Shown: piece after piece, positions 11,068-23,600 of the stretch
Numbering within the stretch: position 1 is the first letter of the stretch
How the letters are laid out: the number at the start of each line of letters is the position of its first letter
Assembly (NCBI GenBank): GCA_004431415.1
Contig: QPMI01000626.1
Span: 62,001 to 126,000, forward strand
Direction: 5' to 3'
DNA length: 64,000 nucleotides
Origin: Cyanophora paradoxa CCMP329
Taxonomy: Eukaryota > Plantae > Glaucophyta
The notes under the pieces: model-generated
Told to the model about the DNA's origin: nothing
Databases searched by the model: none
The model's input: the letters and a program-made list of their open reading frames with translations, nothing else
Program-made: the position numbers and the translations under genes

Positions 11068-14000
11068 ATGCCGAGAGCTCCAGGCCTAGCGCCCGCGCTG
11101 GAGCAGCCGCCAGCTGCAATGGCCTCCTCCTCCTCCCCATCCAGCTCGCGCGCGCTTGCGCCCCTGAGGCCGGCCGCGCTCGACGCGCCGGACGATGGCG
11201 CGCGGTCGCTGGCGCGGGAGGTCGACCCAGAGGTGGCCGACCCGCGCGACGAGATGCGGCGCCTTGGCATCGGCGGCCCAGAGAAGAAGCAGGCGAAACC
11301 CGGCGATGCACAGTGCGACAGCGTATGGGAGAGCTCTAGATCTATAGATAGACTCTCCCCGCGAACCCTAGGCCTCCAGCTGACCCGTCGGCCGCATGCG
11401 CAGCGGCGCTGCCGTCCCAGGGCTGCCGGCGCCCGCGCCCGGAACGTACGCGCAGCCGCCGGCGGGGCACGTCTGGCACCGAACGGCCGGCGCCCACGTG
11501 CACGCGCACGGGCGCGACCACGAGAACGCTGGACCAGGGTCTGTTCCCGTCAACGACGTCGACGACGACGAATACGCCGAGCTGTATTCCGGGGCGGAGC
11601 GGCGGCCCATACCCGCGCCGCCCGAGGTGCCCTCCGGCTCTTCCTTCGAGAACGTCCCCCACAAGAGGACGCTCCATGGGTCCCTGCAGGTCCGCCTCCC
11701 ACGCGCTTGAATGGATCCAGACCTTGAATCGCTGACACCCATGCGCCCGCTCGCCCGCTCGCTCGCGACGGCAGTCGGCCTCGACGCGCGCAGCGGCGCC
11801 GCTGACGCGCGCGATCGGAGAGCGCTGGGCGCAGCTCAAGGAGCTCGCGACGTGGAACGGCCTCCGGCGCCTCGCGAAGGCCCAGAAAATCACCATCCTC
11901 TGCACCACCATCTACGGTCCGCGCTGGCGCCGAGCGGGCCCAAGCCGCAGCCACCGACGTCCCTCCCCGAGCTGATCGTGACGCGCCGCGCGCAGCCGTA
12001 CTCTGCGGCACGCTCGCGCACACGGCGTGGAAGGACAAGCTCGGCTTCAAGGGCCACATCATGCTCGTCATCCTGTGCGCCCGTCCCCGCCCCGCCCCGC
12101 CCCGCTAGAACTCTCGAAGTGCGGCCTGCGCATGCGCCTGACCGCTGGCGCCTGGATTCGATTCGTGCAGGTACTTCCTGATGTTCGCGCTCATTAAGGA
12201 CTTCGCGGCGGGCCTAGCCTTCTTGGCCGCGTTGACCGCCTGCCTGATGTTCGGTGCGGCCGATATCGATCCCGACCCCCGGCCCGCGCGGCGCGGCGCG
12301 GCGCCCGCCCGCCCGGCACGCGGCGGCGGCTGACGGTCAGCGCGCCCGCCCCGCCCCGCCCCACCCCGCGCCGCAGACATCGTCAGCCAGTCGGACGCCC
12401 TCGCCGGCTTCTCCAACGCCGGCGTCTTCCAGGCGCGCCCACCCTTGAATTTGATCCGGGTCCGGGGCGTCGAATTTGATCCGAAATTCGATCCAGGTCG
12501 GCGTGCTGTACGTGATCGCGGCGGGCATCGAGGAGACGGGCGCCCTCGACTACGCCCTACGCCGGTGCGACCCTCAAATCTTAAGCTCCCTTTAGACCCG
12601 CCTAAGTCTTAAGCTAGTCTAGATCTAGATCTAGATCTAGATATCGTTAAGGCCCGTCTAAATCTAGATCTAGATCTAGATTAGGAGAAGGGCGCCCTCG
12701 ACTACGCCCTGAGGCGGTGCGCGCGCGCCTACGCTCCGACGCCTTTGCCCCCGACCCGTCCTCTAGATCTTTCTAATCTAGCTAGATATAGCTACCCCCG
12801 ATCCTTCCTCTGGATCTTAGATCTAATCTAGATCTAGATTCAGATCTAGATATTGCCTAGGCCCACCTCACGCCGCCCGGGCCCCCACGCGCGTCGCTAG
12901 CCTACGTTTCTTCGACCCCGCCCGCGTCTCTCACGCCGCCCGTCTCACGTCGTCCGCCGCGCAGGGTGCTGGGGACGCCCAAGTCGAAGCGCGTCGCCAT
13001 CTTCCGCATCTGCGCCTCCTGCCTCTTCCTCTCCGCATTCCTCAACAACACCCCGTGCGTAGATCACGATAGATTACAATGGAATGCAATTTAATGCAGT
13101 TCCATCATTAAGGGGTTATATAAGAGCAACTTCGCCCGCCCTTCCAGCCCCGCAACATACTAAGCGGTTACATTTAGAACAACTATATATACGACTAGTC
13201 TAACGACACCCCGTACATTAGATTACAATTTAAATGTAGGTACATTATTGAGAAAGTTATAAAAGAGCGACTAGCTGTGCTCGAACAACTCTTCCTCTCC
13301 GCATTATTCCTAAACAACACCCCGTGCGTATATTACAATGGATTAGAGCAACTTTACTAAGGAGATCACATTATTCGGGATGTTATATTATATTAGAGTC
13401 TATAATGAGCAACTAGCTACAGTCTAACTAACAACTCTTTCTCTCCGCATTCCCAAACAACACCCCGTGCGTCCCATTGGATGGATCCGGATCCGCCCGC
13501 CCAGTCTCTCTAGCTATAGGTCCAGATCCGCCATCTTTTCGATTCTCTATCTCTCGGGCGCCGCGTTAGATCCGCCCGCCCGTCCACTGAGTCAGCCCCG
13601 CAACATACTAAGCGGTTACATTAAAACAACTATACAATACATAGCTAATTAAACGGTTACATTAAAACAACTATACATAGCTAGCTATAGTCCGACGACA
13701 CCCCGTGCGCCCCTCCGCCCCCGCCCGCCTGCCCAGTACTAGTCTCTCTAGTAGGATCCGATCTGGATCCTAGGACTAGGGCCAAAAATAGGTCCTTCAT
13801 CTTATCCGGATCCTCTATCTATCGGGCGCCGTAGATACCATTACAATATGCCCCGTAGATACCATTACAATATGAAAACCGGATCCTCTAGGTCCAGTTC
13901 GAGTGAATGGAGATCTATATGAAAGCCACTAGTCTAATAACACGTCTAGTCTCATGCGCCCGTTTAGTTTTCTCTGCGCCCGTCTGTTAGTCTCATGATT

Positions 14001-17000
14001 TACAATTGATATTTTCGGTCCCGGCCCGTGCGTCCCGCCCCTGACCACGACCCCGCGGCAGGATCGTCGCTATGATGTGCGTCGGCCCAGTGGGACTTTG
14101 CTTCCTCGTCCCCCCTTCCCCCCCCCCCCCTTTACGCGGCGAGCGGCACGGCAGGATCCCCATCATCTCCTCCTACTCCAAGCGGACCGGCATCGCCCCC
14201 TCCTACCTCCAGATGGTGCGCGCTCTGCGGCCGCTCCCCCGCCTCCTGTCACAAAGGCGCGACTCCTAGCCGAAATGTAAACGGCGCCGAGCTAGTCCAA
14301 GACTTTCCGGCTACGTAGCCTATGGCTTAGATACTCGTGACACGTGACGCGCGTGGAGGGACCGCCACGCCTAGCCATAGGACCGTAGGGCTGGTAGGAC
14401 CGGGCGAGCGTTCGCCTTAAGCTTACAACGGGCCGGCGTCTGACGTCTGACTTCGTTCGCAGCCAATGTCCTTCTCGACGATCCTGGGTGGGACCTGCTC
14501 ATACATCGGGACCTCGGTGCGCCCCGCCCCGCCCCGCTCCGCCCCGCCCCGCCCCGCCCCTGTGGCCGGGCCGGGCGGCCGTGGGGCGGGGCTAGCGTGT
14601 TCCCGCCGCCATGCACACATACGCGCACACTCTGCGCGGAGTCTGGACTCTAACGCCACGCCCACATCCGCCCAAAGCCACCTAAAGCCACCCCCCTCTG
14701 CTCCGGTCCCTCCCTCCCTCCCTCCCTCCCTCCCTCTCATCGCCGCCTCGCCATGTCAGGTGAACCTCGTGGCTTTCTCGCTGGCCAAGGCGCGCGAGCC
14801 GAACCTCGAGATGAGCAACCTCTTCGAAGTCGGCGTCATCGGCGGGCCCGTCGCCATTGTGCGCGGTAGGAAGGAGGCGAGGGGGCTAGCTATAGAGAGG
14901 TCCCTCGTGTTCACGGGCGTGGCGGATCCGATCGATATCGTGGCCGGGTGATATGATGAGATCCGTTAGATCTCCAGCGCTTGACCTAGATCACCTTTAA
15001 CCTAGATCTAATTAGAGATTAGCAACCTCTTCAGAGTCGGCGCCGTCGCCATATGGTCCGCCCCCGCCCGCCCGCCAGCCCGCCCGCCCGCAGACCCCAC
15101 AATTAGACCGAGGTCCCGACGTCCGGATCCGGATCCGAGGTTTCCAACGCTGAGATCCAACGCTGAGATCCAGATCTAGGCCGCCCGCCCGCCCGCCTCT
15201 CGTCCGCGCCTCTAAACCCAGGCCATGATCATAGACCTTCAATATCTAGATCGCCTCTAAACCTAGATCTCCGTCTAAACCTAGGTAGGACTGGGCGCGC
15301 GTTCTCCTTTCAACCTGGATCGCCTTCAGATCTCGAGGTTCCTAACGCCGAAGTCGAAGCTCTCGAGGCTTCTAACGCGGGAGTTGGGGGCCCGGGGCCT
15401 CCGACGCTCGTGATAAAGCTGACGCCGCTGACGCTGCGCGCGCGCGCAGGTCGGGCTGCTTTACCTCATCTTCTGCGGGCCCATCCTCCTCCCCAACCGG
15501 CGCTCCACTGCCGACGCCGACGCCGAGAAGAGCGCCCGCAAGTTCCAGATCTCCATGGAGGTCCGAAAATCCGATCTCAAGATCTAGATCCAGATCTAGC
15601 TTTAGATCTACGCTGAGGCGCCAAGCAAGAGAAGAAGCTTACCGACAGATATCGATACTCGTGATAGATGCTATAGCTAGGCGGGAGAAGTCGAAGATCC
15701 GAAAATCCGAGCTCTAGATCTACGCTTAAGCTTGACCTCTAACAAGCCAAAGGCCTCGGGGCGCTTAATAAGAAGCTTAGATCTGATCTCCATGCTTAGG
15801 CCGAGATTAGCGCCCGCAAGTTCCAGATCTCCATGGAGGTCCGAATTCGATCCCTAGATCTAGGTCTAGATCTACGCTTCAGCTTGACTTCTATCAATGC
15901 CTCGCGGATCCGGAAGTCCGAAGCCGCAGCGGAACCCGATGCTGCCCTCTTAGCTAGCATAAGTTTTCGATCATAAGATATAGAAGCTGGAGTAGAAGAT
16001 TCATAGAAGCTTTATAACTCGAGCTTCCTTCGTTTAGCTTACTGAATCAAGACTCGATCCGACGATCGCCTCGCGCAGGTGACGGGACGGTCCAAGCTCG
16101 CGGGGGCGAGCTACAAGGCGGCCGGGCTCGAGGTGCCGAGCCGCCGCGCCCCCTTGCATAAGAAGCTTAAGATGAACGTTTGATTCAGATGCTCTCGAGA
16201 TAAGTAAGAGACAGCCGAGGCGCTGGGATAGATAATTATAAGACAGCCCAGATAATCACTTCAGTTAAGAGGCCTGAGGTCGAGCTTAAGCTTCTCTCTA
16301 GTTTAGCCGCCTAACTTGTCGTGTGCCTGGCAGGACGTGGTGGCGACGGAGGTCCTGTGGGTCGGGCGCGGGGGCGCGCACTACGGCGCGCGGGCCTTCG
16401 ACGTCGGCGGCGCGACCGTCTTCCGGGGTGACCTCGTCCAGTACTCGGGGCCCCTCTGTGCGCCATTTGCCGAAAGTTAACTTCATTTTTATAAGGAGGA
16501 AACCTTATATCATTATATTATGTAATTCTCTCCTGCACATGTCTCGCCTGCTCCCCCTCGTGATCGTCGCTCATCTGGACCTCGTCCAGTATCATGATCA
16601 GCTTTCTTCTTAGGCTTCCTTGGCTAAATTCTTTAACCGCCTTCCGGGGCGACCTCGTCCAGTACTCGGGGCCCCTCTGTGCGCCCCGCCCCGCTGGGCC
16701 GCTGCACTCTAGATCCTGCCCGCAGAATTCCTTACATAAATTACAAGCTAAGAAGCTAGATTGCAGAATTAACGTTCGTTCCTTCTCCTGCGCACGCCTC
16801 CCCTGCAGAATCAGCTTTCTTCTCAGGCTTCGAATTTCTTGGCTAAACTCTTGTGCCGTACAGACGCGGTCAAGGAGCTCCTTAAGTTTGACGGCCTGAG
16901 CGTCCTCGGCGACCAGGTGGGATCCTATCATTTCACTTCATTTTCATTCTGCTTAACTCAGCTTTGATCTCGCTTCGGGTACTCGGATATTAATTCAGCT

Positions 17001-19649
17001 TTGATTTCGCGTTCCTGTATCTGATATGCACGCGAAGTCAAAGCTGAATAATCGAAACTTTAAATATAAATTAAGCTTTGATTTCACGGAGATCCTTTCC
17101 AACTTCGAATTCGAATTCAGCTTTCATTTCGCTTTCATTCCGATTTCTGATATATATATACGTGCCCGCGCAGGTGACGAAGCTCGAGGAGGAGGTGATG
17201 CGCTCGAAGGACGCGGCGGACGGCCTCGTGCTGGGTACACTCACCGCGAAATCAAATCAAAGCTGAAATCAAAGCTGAATATAGAATCGTGCTAGGGACC
17301 CTCGCCGTGGCCGCCAAGTCGCCCCTCGTCGGCCGCTCCGCGCGCCAGCTCCGCATGCGGGAGACCTTCCGCGCCGCCCTCCTCGCCCTCCAGCAGCGGC
17401 CCGGCGAGACGCTCACCGTGGCGGTGCCCGACGCGCCCCTCATCGCCGGCGACGTCCTCCTCGTCGCCTGCCCGCCCTCCGTCCTCCGCGCCCAGCAGCA
17501 CCTCGCCGATTTCGCCAGCGCCGTCGAGGTGAGAATTCGAGCGCTCACGAGAGCACGGGGGCCGCCGCCGCTCCTAGAACGGGAGCTCGCTCGCCTAGCG
17601 CCTCCGCCACACCAGTTCCCCCGCCTCCATCCTACCAAGCACCTTCCTCCCTCCCTCGCAGATCGAGGACTCGGGCCGCTTCGTCAACCGGGTACGCCTT
17701 TCATTCATTCCTCGCCTCCTCTTCCTTCTAATTGTATATATACGCATGTGAGGGCAGCCGTCGCCGCTGAAGATGGCGCTCGCGACGATCCTCACGGTGG
17801 GCATGATCGTCATGCCCTCCATCGTGGACGCCGTCCCTGCCCTCTGGTACGGTTTTCCCCCTGGAATCCGCCCTAGGGCGCAGAGATAGCCCAGTTATAA
17901 GCCCAAGGCGGCTTAGGCGTGAAGGACGTGTCCTTTATCTTATCAACTCTAACGGTTCCTTCCCGGGCGGCTGGCGCACGCAGGTACTCCCCCTGGAACG
18001 CCAAGGCGGCCCCCAACAAGCTCTCCCTCACCCACACCGTCCTCCTCGCCGGTGAGCGGGGTTGCTGCTAGCTATAGTGCGGGAAGCGAAATCGTAAACC
18101 TAAAAGAGTCTTCCAAAACGGTTTCTAACCCTAAATAACCTAATAAGTAATTCTAATAATAAGTAATTGACCTAATAAACTAGCATCAACCTTTTGATCC
18201 AATATTTATAATAAACTAGCACGATCCGTAGCCTTCCTTATGATGGCGTTCGAATTCCGATCTAGATTATACGCTTCTGATCATCATGATCTAGATTATA
18301 CACATTATACACTTATTAGATACTTACACATTGTACACTTATCTGATCATCATGGGGGCGCGCAGCCTTTCTCATGATGGCGTTCCGCGTCGTCCGGGCG
18401 AAGAAGGCGTACAAGTACGTGGGCGCCGGCGTCCTCCTCACCATCGCCTGCGCCTTCGGGACGCACGCGAAAGAGAAGACCTAAAAGAGTCGTGTTTCCT
18501 AGCCTTAGTAGATCGATATCTAGATCTGACGATGAGACGCTATCCTCCGTCCTCCTCACGTGCGTCCTCCGTCGCCTGACGCCCTCCTACAGGTACGTCG
18601 GCGCCGACGTCCTCCTCACCATCGCCTGCGCCTTCGGCGTCGGCACCGCCCTCGAGGTGCGCGAATGAGAGAGCGGGGGGCGCCGCCGCTTCTAGCTCGC
18701 CTAGCTCGCCTAGCTAGCTCTTAGCTGGCCATGGGGACCCAGCTCCCCCGCCTCCGTCCTACAGCCGACGTCCCATGGCCGCCCTCGCACAGCGCTCCGG
18801 CATCGCCACCGTCCCATGGCCGCCCTCGCCTAGCTAGCTAGCGCCTCCGCCACACCCCGCTCCTAGCTGGGGACCTATATATAGCTAGCTCCCCCGCCTC
18901 TATACATCCTACAGCCGACGTCCCGCCCTCGCACAGCGCTCCGGCATCGCCGCCGCCCTCGCCGACTCCATCGTCGACATCTTCAAGGTTCGTGCTCGCG
19001 CGTGTTTGGGGGTGGATACTAGCAATGCTGTACGGCGGCGCCCGCCCCGGCGCCGGCCCGGCTCCTAGCCTTGCAACCGCCCCGGTTCTGAGAGCGCCGC
19101 TGTACCCCCCCCAGGGATCCGACCTGGGCCTCCTCTTCGGCGTGTACCTCGCGACTGGCCTCCTGAACAACGTGCGCGTATACGTACCCCCTTTCTCATT
19201 TGCTCCTGTACCCCCTGACCCGTGGCCATCCGCCCGCCCGCCCGCCCTTGTCTTAGGTCATCTCGAACGCCGCCTGCGTCGCTCTTGTCTTCCCCGTCGT
19301 CTACAACATCCTGGTTCGAGTTCGGCTCCCCGAAGTGCCCTTTTCCCCTGAAATCGCGTACCCCCGCAGAAGGGGAAAATGGCCGTCAAGGTCCTCGTGT
19401 ACCTGATGATGATGGCCGGATCCGCCTCCTTCAGTACCCCCATCGGTCCGCTGATTCATTTTCTTCGAGCCCTGGAGGGGGTACCATGCCTGACGAGCCT
19501 CCGCAGGGTACCAGACGAACCTAATGGTGCAGAAGCCCGGGGGGTACCGCTTCCTGGACTACGCAAAGTTCGGGATTCCGCTGCAGCTGATCGCCATGGG
19601 CATCTCCGTACCCCTCTGCTACTACGCCTTCCGTGACACGCAGATGTGA
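11068..19649 (+). CDS. SLC13/CitMHS-family anion symporter with TrkA-C (RCK_C) domains, SLT/SAC1-like
   Basis: Exons give DALAGFSNAGVFQ|VGVLYVIAAGIEETGALDY, SAFLNNTP|IVAMM|IPII, PMSFSTILGGTCSYIGTS|VNLVAF, KSPLVGRSARQLRMRETFRAALLALQ..AGDVLLV, LLNN|VISNAACVALVFP, MMAGSASFSTPI|GYQTNLMVQKPGGYRFLDYAKFGIPLQ..TQM*. About 30 exons, including a 15-nt microexon at 14062-14076. Start is tentative (11068 or 11119). Confidence 0.92.
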
Positions 19650-20680
19650 GGGCAGGGCGCCAGCCGCTGAGCGCCCCGGCCCATCGACTGCTAGCGCAAG
19701 CGGACGCCTTATTGATCGGGCCACGCTTTTTCTATCGATTAGCCGTAAACATTCTTTCAAGCTCTCGTTTCGCTCTGAGAGATTTAATCAAGATAGCTAA
19801 GTAGCCGTTACGAAATTTAATAGTGATCATAACAGAGAAGTAGACTACGTTTAGAACATCCGTTGATACCTTTAATTTGGTCGATGTCGACGCCGTGACG
19901 TCAGGCCGCTGGGCATTGCCAAGCTGAGCCGGCCGCGCCCCGGGCCGTGATCATGAGCCGCCGTGCATGCATGAGCTCATGGTCTCGAGGCTTCCGGATC
20001 ACGTGCACAAATCCCGGTTGCGATGCGTGGCGCCGGAATGCGCATCCTGGCAGCCTTCAGGTTGCACCCTCGTGTGATCATGACTCGTGAATCGTGATCA
20101 TGCCATGATGAGTCGTGAACGGCGCCCAAGAGCCAAATGCATGCACATGCGGTCGGCGCGCATGAAGTTCGCAGGTCTAGCTATAGAAGCTTTAAGTGAC
20201 ATCGTCGAGCTCGGGGCCGCTCTCGATGATCTCATGATTCTGAGCAGCTGCAGTGACTCGATGACTGATTGCGGCGGAGCCCAGCCCCCCTCCAGCAGCT
20301 GAGCCGCTACTCGAGCTCGTGACTCCCGGGGCGGGCTAAAAATCGACCACTGCGAATTCGAATGCACTGCACATGATCACTGCACTGCGTCCACGAATGG
20401 ACAGCTGCACTGCGTATGCGAATGAGAAAGGCACTTGCATTGGGGAAAAAATCGTCAAAGACACTGGACGACAAAGACGAAGACGAAGACGAAAGGAAAA
20501 AAAATGTATGCCGAGCGAAAAGGGATTATAAACCAAATTGACACAGTACGAAGGTAAAGTGAAGAGGTTGAGATAGCCTAGTATAGTAGTAGTAGGAGTA
20601 ATCACAAAAGAAACGCGACAAGAACGACGCGAGGACTCCAACAGCCTACCAGAAGCTTAAGCGATCGGCACGCGTGATCT

Positions 20681-23600
20681 TCAGATTCTGTATATGCAGC
20701 TACTCGTGGGAATTCGCGTCGAGACGGCGCCGGCGCGGGCTGGGCCGCTGCGAGAGGGAGGCCGGGGTGGGATCGACGGCTTGCACGGCCGCGGCGGCGG
20801 AGGCAGTCGCCCCGTCCGCCCCGGCGGCAGCGCTAGCCGCGGGCGCCTCATCCGCGGCCGTGCCGGCCGCCCGGGCTGCAGCAGCAGGAGCAGCAGGGGG
20901 CGGGTCGTGCCCCGGCCCCGGGACGTCCGCGGGGCGTTGGCGACAGCCGCGGGCCGCGGGGCTAGCTCGAGCTCGCGATTGACATCGCGATCGCCCCTGT
21001 CAGAGGAGGGCGACACGCCTTCGGCCACCCTCACCGCCGCCGGCGCCGGCGCCGGAACCGGGGCCGCCGGCTCGCAGCCCGCCGCGACGCAGCCCGGGGC
21101 AGGGGCCGGGGCCGGGGCCGGGGCCGGGCCCTCCGCCTCCTCCCCGACTTTGATCTCGTCCATCGACATCCCGGGTGAGGCCAGGCTCGACTGGACGCTT
21201 CGGCACCGGCCGCCGCCGTCGCTACTGCGGATGCCGGTCGTGAACTGCCCGCCCGTCAGAAGCGCCCCGGCCCGAAATCGCGTGCGGAGCGGGGCGGGGC
21301 GGGGCGGGCGGGGCGGGGCGCACGGACGCCGAGGCCGAGTTGCGGTCGCGGTCGATGGAGAAGCGGAGCACGCGGGCGTGCAGCGAGCCGCCCACGAGGT
21401 CCAGGTGCCGGTCCAGCGAGAGGCGCGTGTGCACCCTGCGGGTTCGCTCGTTAACGTTCAATCGATCTCGAACAGTTCGTTTGATCCCGAAGATTTATTC
21501 GATATATTCGTTCGATCCCGAGCACTTCGTTCGATCCCGAAGATTTATAAGATTTATTCGTTCGATCCCGAACAGTTCGTTCGATCCCGAAGCGGGGCGC
21601 GCGCACCCGGCCGCGGCGGCGTCCCCGGCAGTGTCGGCTCCGCGGTGCTCGGAGGCGCCGGGGAGGCATAGCGAGGTGCGGGGCAGGCAGAGGCTCCGCC
21701 GGACCTTCGTACCGATCTTCGGGATTGAACGAATTAATCTTCGGGATCAAACGAACCTCGATCGAGCGCCGCGCCGCGAAGTTCGTGTCCGCCACCACCG
21801 CTGTCCCCGAGATCAAGAAGGGTTGCGAAGAAAGATATCGATTACAGTGAGCCCTAACGGCTCGCGAGCTTAGGAGGGAGGGAAGCTTGAGGGGGAGCTC
21901 GAGGCGGGAAACGGGCAGGCTCGGATGTTTTCTTTAGGCAGGAACTTCAAGGCGGCCCTGGTACCTCGTAGGGCGCTCTGGATTGGCATCTAAAAGCCTC
22001 GATCCAGGCACCTCATGGGGCGCTCTAGACTGGCAGAGGGGAGGATACTATGACATCGATGTTTAGACTTGGTCGGGAGGAGACACGAGGCGGAAAACAG
22101 GGCGGCGCTCACACATGAACTTGGTGGAGACGGCGCCGTCGAAGCCGGCGTCGTGGAACGACCACTCGTCCTCCGGCCGCGCCACCTCTGCCCCCGGCCC
22201 CGCCCCTCGTTCGTTCGTTCGATCCCGAAACGTTCCTTCGATCCCGAAAAGTTCGCACCGTGCCCGGCGATGTAGGTCGGCAGCACGTTGCGCTTCTGGG
22301 CGCTGCGCCGCGCGCGCCGCCGAGGGCGCGTCAGAAGGGGACCCTCAAGAGCTCGAGCCTGGGCGGGGCGGCGGGCCGGGCCGGGCCGGGCCGGGCTGTG
22401 CGGTGCGCACCGTACCGACCAGTCGGCGAACTCGCACTTGTCCTTGGTGCCGTAGAGGCCCCGCTGGCCGCCCCAGATCAGCAGCACGTACGCTGCCAGC
22501 CAGCCCCCGACGATCCCTGCCGCCAGTCGTTCGATCCCGAAGTCAGTCGTTCGATCCCGAAACGATCGTTCGATCCCGAAACGATCGTTCGATCCCGAAA
22601 CGATCGTTCGATCCCGAAACGAGCGCGGGGCACCGAGGGCGATGTAGCCGGAGACGGCGGGGGCGTTGAGCGGGGCCGGCAGGTCCTTCGCCAGGAAGGC
22701 CACCACGTAGATCACGAAGACCTGCGCGCGCCGCCCCTCGTTCGTTCGATCCCCAAAAGTTCGATCGATCCCGAGCAGCCTCAGGGGCCTTAAGCTAAGC
22801 CTCAGAGGCGCTCCGAGGCGGCGCCGCCGGCCACGGCCGCCCGCCGCGTTGCGAGCAGGAGGCACTACGAAGGCACACGAAGGCACACGCGGGCGCGGGG
22901 GCCGGGGGGGTGGGGGCCGGGCCGGGGCGGGGTACGCGCCTCCATGAGGTTGAGGAAGAGGCCGAGGACGGGTACGACGCCGTGGCGCCACCAGTTGAAG
23001 TGCGGCTTCCCCGCAAAGTTCACAACGCACGTGAAGCAGATCCCCGCTGCAAGTCGGGCCGGGGGCGAAATTCGGTACCCCGGAACTCGGAACCCGAAAA
23101 GAGGGGGTACGCAGATAGATACCGTAGAGGAGAAAGGTACCCACGTTGCTCGCCATCGTGATTCCTATCGAGAAACAGCTAGATAAGCTATCCGTATGGG
23201 TTTCTCAAGTAAGATCCGATAGAAATGCACCGGTCATGACGATTGCGTTCGCGGCGGGACTGTCGCCCGACACGCACGCCACCGCCAGCACAGCGTTCAC
23301 GGCTGCGCCCGCAAGAAAGAGAGAGAGAGAGAGAGGCCGTGAGGCGCGAGCGCACGGCGGCGGCGGCGGCGGCGGCGGAAAAAGGGTGAAAAGATGAGGC
23401 CGCACCGAAGGAGATGAGGATGCCGACCCACGGGGTGCGCCAGGTGCGGTGCAGGCGGCACATGAACGAGGGCAGCTGCTTCTCGGTCGCCATGAAGAGC
23501 GAGACCCGCACCGCCGCGTTGCTCGCCCCCAGCCTGCTCAGCTCGAGCTCAGCTCGCGTTACCGGCTCAGCTCGAAACAATTAACGATATAAAAGAGAGT

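Noticed and set aside
20440-20650. A-rich tract as a mobile element or ORF (20336-20641)
   Set aside because: No TSD, TIR or tail found; may simply be APC 3' flank.
22527-22620. 19-bp repeats as a CRISPR array or coding repeat (SFDPETIV ORFs)
   Set aside because: Head-to-tail minisatellite inside introns of the opposite-strand APC gene.
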